Assembly (NCBI GenBank): GCA_965112735.1
Contig: OZ218956.1
Location: 2,046,001-2,110,000, forward strand
From: Phaeosaccion multiseriatum
Taxonomy: Eukaryota > Protista > Ochrophyta, other classes
Direction: 5' to 3'
Length of the DNA: 64,000 nucleotides
Notes under the pieces: generated by a model
What the model was told of the DNA's origin: nothing
Seen by the model: the letters and a program-made list of their open reading frames with translations, nothing else
Database searches by the model: none
Position numbers and translations under genes: made by a program
Part shown: in pieces, positions 60,418 through 64,000 of the stretch
Numbering within the stretch: the stretch's first letter is position 1
Layout: the number at the start of each line of letters is the position of its first letter

Positions 60418-61026
60418 GTTTGCAATTGCCCTTGGCCAGTGCTCGAGTGCACAATAGGGAATTTTAAAGGAGAGGCCAAAACAAAAGGCCCCAAAACCAG
60501 CATCATCAATAGAGAACTGGGATAGATGGAGCTTACCACTGTCGCCTCCAGGCAAAGTCGGGTAGCTCATGCTGGTGTACAGAGAGGTGAGCATTGCGAC
60601 CAGTATCCCACTGAGCATGATCTGAATTCTCGGCCACGGAGGCAGGATGGCGTATAATTTCTGCTCCTCCTCAGTCTCCCCCTGCCACTCATTCGCGTTG
60701 CGGGGCTGAGCTCGTCGCCTCTTCCGCCGTGCGGACCTAGACTCCCCTCCGCCTCCCCCCCCCCCCCCTCCTCCTCCTCCTCCCCCCCCACCTCCTCTTC
60801 CTGGTGCCTCGTCTCCTCCTCCTGTTCCATCACTACTCCCACTACTCCTTCTCTCGTCAACTTCCTGCCAACTCCCTCCGTGTCGATGCGGATACGCGCC
60901 AAAAGGCTCGGGCGGAGCACACACGCCTGCTGTCCCGAAGCTGGAAGGTCGTTGCCTCCTCATCGCCTCGGCAGCAGTGCTACGCCCCCCCCCCCTTTTT
61001 TTTTTTTTTGGTGCTCCCTCTGGCAT
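54958..61026 (-). CDS. TMEM260: TMEM260/DUF2723-like membrane glycosyltransferase, multi-exon
   Basis: PTLPGGDSGEL...[75 protein letters not shown]; start uncertain because of nearby homopolymer runs. Confidence 0.88.
57614..57740. repeat. Heptamer array (CCTGACA/CCTGATA)n, intronic
   Basis: About 17 imperfect units. Confidence 0.85.
57840..58515. repeat. Telomere-like heptamer satellite (CCCTATA/CCCTACA)n, intronic
   Basis: About 90 imperfect units with a higher-order unit (CCCCACACCCTTAGTCCTATA...). Confidence 0.85.
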
Positions 61027-61190
61027 CGGTGTTCGCCATCAAAGAAACCGGAGCACCAACACGCCAACGGCAGCGTCGTCGTATCTAACGTCAAGGACAC
61101 AGGGACGCGCCTTCGACACCGGCCTCGCCCAGGGCAACTGGGCCCCTCAGCAGAGGACGACATCGCCAATCGTTTTTCCTCTCTTTCGCG

Positions 61191-62896
61191 ATGGTTGCGA
61201 CACTCGAGAAGTGCGCGGCTTGTGGGGCAGGCCCGCAGCGCGGAAGGCACACGCTCCTCACCTGCGGGCGCTGCAAGCAGGTGGCCTACTGTAGCGCTGA
61301 TTGCCAGCGGCGGGACTGGCCCACGCATCGCAAACCGTGTCGAAAGGCAGCAGCGGGGTGGGCTGCAGAGGCAGGGACAGGGGTGGCGACGGGGGGTAAA
61401 TCACGCAAAGAGGCTGCTTCCCAACGACTGCTGCAGCAGCAGCGGCGGTGGCAAGGTGAACAAGCAGCGGGGCGGCTGCAGCAACAGTTGGAGGACGAGA
61501 TTACGGGGGCTTCCCTCGCCCAGCTGCAGCAAGAGCTGGCCAAGGCCAAGGAGCTGGTGGAGGAGACCAAGCAGAGGCAGAGAGAGCTAAGGGAGAACAG
61601 AGACGCCAAGGAGAGAGACCTCAAGGAGGCGGAGGAGAAGGTCAAAGTCAAGGGCAAGGAAGCGCAGCTTTATGGCAATCAGGACTACTGGGAGCAGCGG
61701 TACACGCAGGAGCAGGAGGAGCAGCAGAAGCAGCAGCAGGGAGGAGAAGATGGGCAGCAGGGGGAGGGGGCTACCTACGACTGGTATGTCGAATACCCCA
61801 AGGAGCTACTGGGGCGTGAACTGGGAGGGCAGGTCAGACAAGAGCCGGTACGTACGAGCAGCACAGGAGAGAGCTCTAATTAACGGGGGGGGGGGGGGGG
61901 ACAATATTCGGTAGGGTGTCCCTCACACGCTTCGGGCAAGTTCATCTAACACACTCAAACTCCAAATCCCCACTCATCCCATCCCTTCTCCTCAGCTCCT
62001 AATGGTGGGCTGCGGGAATTCCGTTCTCTCCGAGCGGATGGTAGGGGACGAAGGGGAGGGTTTCCGAAGCGTCATGAACATCGACATCTCCCCGAGTGTA
62101 ATACGTCACATGACCGCTCGGGCCGATCGCTTGGGGCTCTCCAAGGCCCTCACTTACAAGCACCTTGACGCTTCGAAGATGGAGGGGCTTGAGGAGAGTT
62201 CGTTCGCCTCGGCGGTGGATAAAGGCACCTTGGATGCCGTACTGTCGGGCAGCAGGCGGACTGCGCTTGCCATCTGTGGGGAGGTGATGCGGGTGCTCAG
62301 GTGAGAGGAGGGCGGGGAGGAGGTTGGGGGGTGGGAGGAAGAGTCCTTCCTTCCTCATTGCCTCACCACCATCCGATCCAGGTGGTTGGGAGGTGGGAGA
62401 GGGGGGAGGAGTAGGCGGGGGGGGCGAAGAAGAATAAGAAGGGGAGGAGGAAAAGGACAGAGGGGGGGGGCAGAAGAGAGAGCATTGTGGGTGATGAGGT
62501 GGAATGTGTGTGTGTTTCATGTGTAGAGAGAGTCATCATTCTCACATCGAGCAAGCACGCAGCTACCGACGACCGAACTCTCTCCCTCCCCCCTCCCCCA
62601 CCTCCCCTTAACCCATGGACACGTACACTCCACACTCACTACGCACCCACACACCGCGCCGCACCTCCTTAGGCCAGGAGGCAAGTTCATCATCATCAGC
62701 GGCAATGTACCCGAGCAATACCTCTCTCTCCTGGCAGAGGGCTGTCGGCCACCATCCGACCAGGGCCAGCAGGGCAAGGGCAAGGGCAAGGGTAAGCACA
62801 AGGCGCCTCTGATTTCGTCCGAGATCCTTGAGACAGACGTCGGAGACAAAGCCTACGCGTACATCATCACCAAGCCTCTCCAGACCGCCCACCAGG

Positions 62897-62934
<38 letters not shown>

Positions 62935-63396
62935 GAGGGAAGTAGGGACTCCGTTGGGATGGACGAGGGGGCGAGAAGGGACAGGGAGAAGGAGGGCGGA
63001 GTAGCGAAGGAGGGGGTGAAGGCCGAGGTGAAGGGAGGAGGAGGGGGAGAGGGAGAACAAGCTCCTTCTTGTCCGAGGAGGGAGGAGGGAGGAGGCCGAA
63101 ACGAAGACGAAGACGAAGAAGATGACGACGACGACGACGACGAAGAAGATGATGACGAGGACGACGACGACGAAGAAGATGGTCTGAGAGGGTCTATGGA
63201 GCTTCGACTTCTCCCACTGCAGAGTGGTGCGAGTGACGGGAGCGACAGGGGTGCCGATCCGTCGCCTCCTGCGCATGACGGCATCGAGTCCATTCGAATC
63301 GGATATTCCTTTCCCGCAGCCTCACCACCGCCCCAGCCGGGTACGTCTGTCCTTCGTTCCTTATGTAGCCCCTCCTATGCCCCCCCCCCCTCCTTC

Positions 63397-63461
<65 letters not shown>

Positions 63462-64000
63462 CTCTATCCTTCCTTCCTTCCTTCCTTCTCTCTTCCCTTG
63501 CCTCTTGTCTCCCCCCACCCATCCGCCCCCTCCCCCTTCTCCGTGTCACTCACCCGCGTACGTGTCCTCTCCTCTCACCTCACCACCCCACAAACACAGC
63601 ACAAGCGGATGCAGCGGCGACGTCCCCGGCCCAAGCCCCCCCGCTTCGCCGCTGCCGTGTAGGGCGTAATGACGACTACCTCGCTCTGTACGACCGTCCC
63701 GACGCCCCCCTTGATGACTATTGGGATGTTGAGTACCTGCCTGACTCGGCAGTGGGCCTGAGTCAAGGCGAGGTGGTGATGCGCCTGCCCAAGCAGACTA
63801 GCCGCACCCCCTTCCCTAAAGGGTTTACGGTCAAGTTTATTAGCGGCCGCAAAAGACGACAGCAGCAGCAGCAGCAGCAGCAGCAGTTGGTGATACAGCA
63901 GCAGCAGGGTGAGGCGGGAGAGGCAGGGGAGGGGGAGGGGGGCGGGCTCGAACCGCTGTCCGTGCTTGGAGTGGTGTATATCCCGCCCTCGCCCTTACCT
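61191..64000 (+). CDS. zf-MYND, coiled coil, METTL13/EEF1AKMT4-type methyltransferase, acidic linker and SKICH-like domain; 3' end beyond the window
   Basis: CAAC...CGRCKQVAYCSADCQRRDWPTHRKPC; YGNQDYWEQRY...YDWY; VGCGNS; IDIS; DKGTLDA; EVMRVLRPGGKFIIIS; the exon from 63663 reads NDDYLALYD...DDYWDVEYLP...GEVVMRLP. Confidence 0.82.

Noticed and set aside
43277-61026. RPN2 and TMEM260 as a glycosylation gene cluster
   Set aside because: Separated by unrelated NOP9 and PPA genes; proximity is probably chance
1-64000. tRNA, rRNA or snRNA genes
   Set aside because: None recognisable by eye; a covariance-model search (tRNAscan-SE, Infernal/Rfam) is needed to exclude them

Overview
Eukaryotic, intron-rich, GC-rich and microsatellite-rich genomic DNA, most likely from a photosynthetic stramenopile (ochrophyte alga). 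The main clue is an ASAFAP-type bipartite plastid-targeting leader on the pyrophosphatase. The first 14.7 kb is accessory. It holds a complete Ty3/Gypsy chromovirus with identical 248-bp LTRs and an atypical YIDN RT motif, followed by three tandem intronless PPR genes (two PPR-SMR, one frameshifted copy without SMR) separated by MITE-like inverted-repeat elements. The rest is housekeeping: a peroxisomal ACAD10/11-type acyl-CoA dehydrogenase, a large ELM2/PLU-1/PHD chromatin protein, an ADA3-like subunit, ribophorin II, NOP9, a plastid pyrophosphatase, a TMEM260-like gene and a MYND-methyltransferase-SKICH-like fusion that runs off the window. Unexplained signals include a diversifying PPR-SMR array, a fixed TTGGTGATA insert recurring in CAG tracts of unrelated genes in different frames and strands, G-to-C polarity of introns with a polarised 16-mer, a TIR element carrying a 1.1-kb (GGGA)n tract between direct repeats, and tandem duplications centred on a splice donor and on stop codons. 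All calls come from reading motifs by eye; no database searches were run and exon boundaries are manual.
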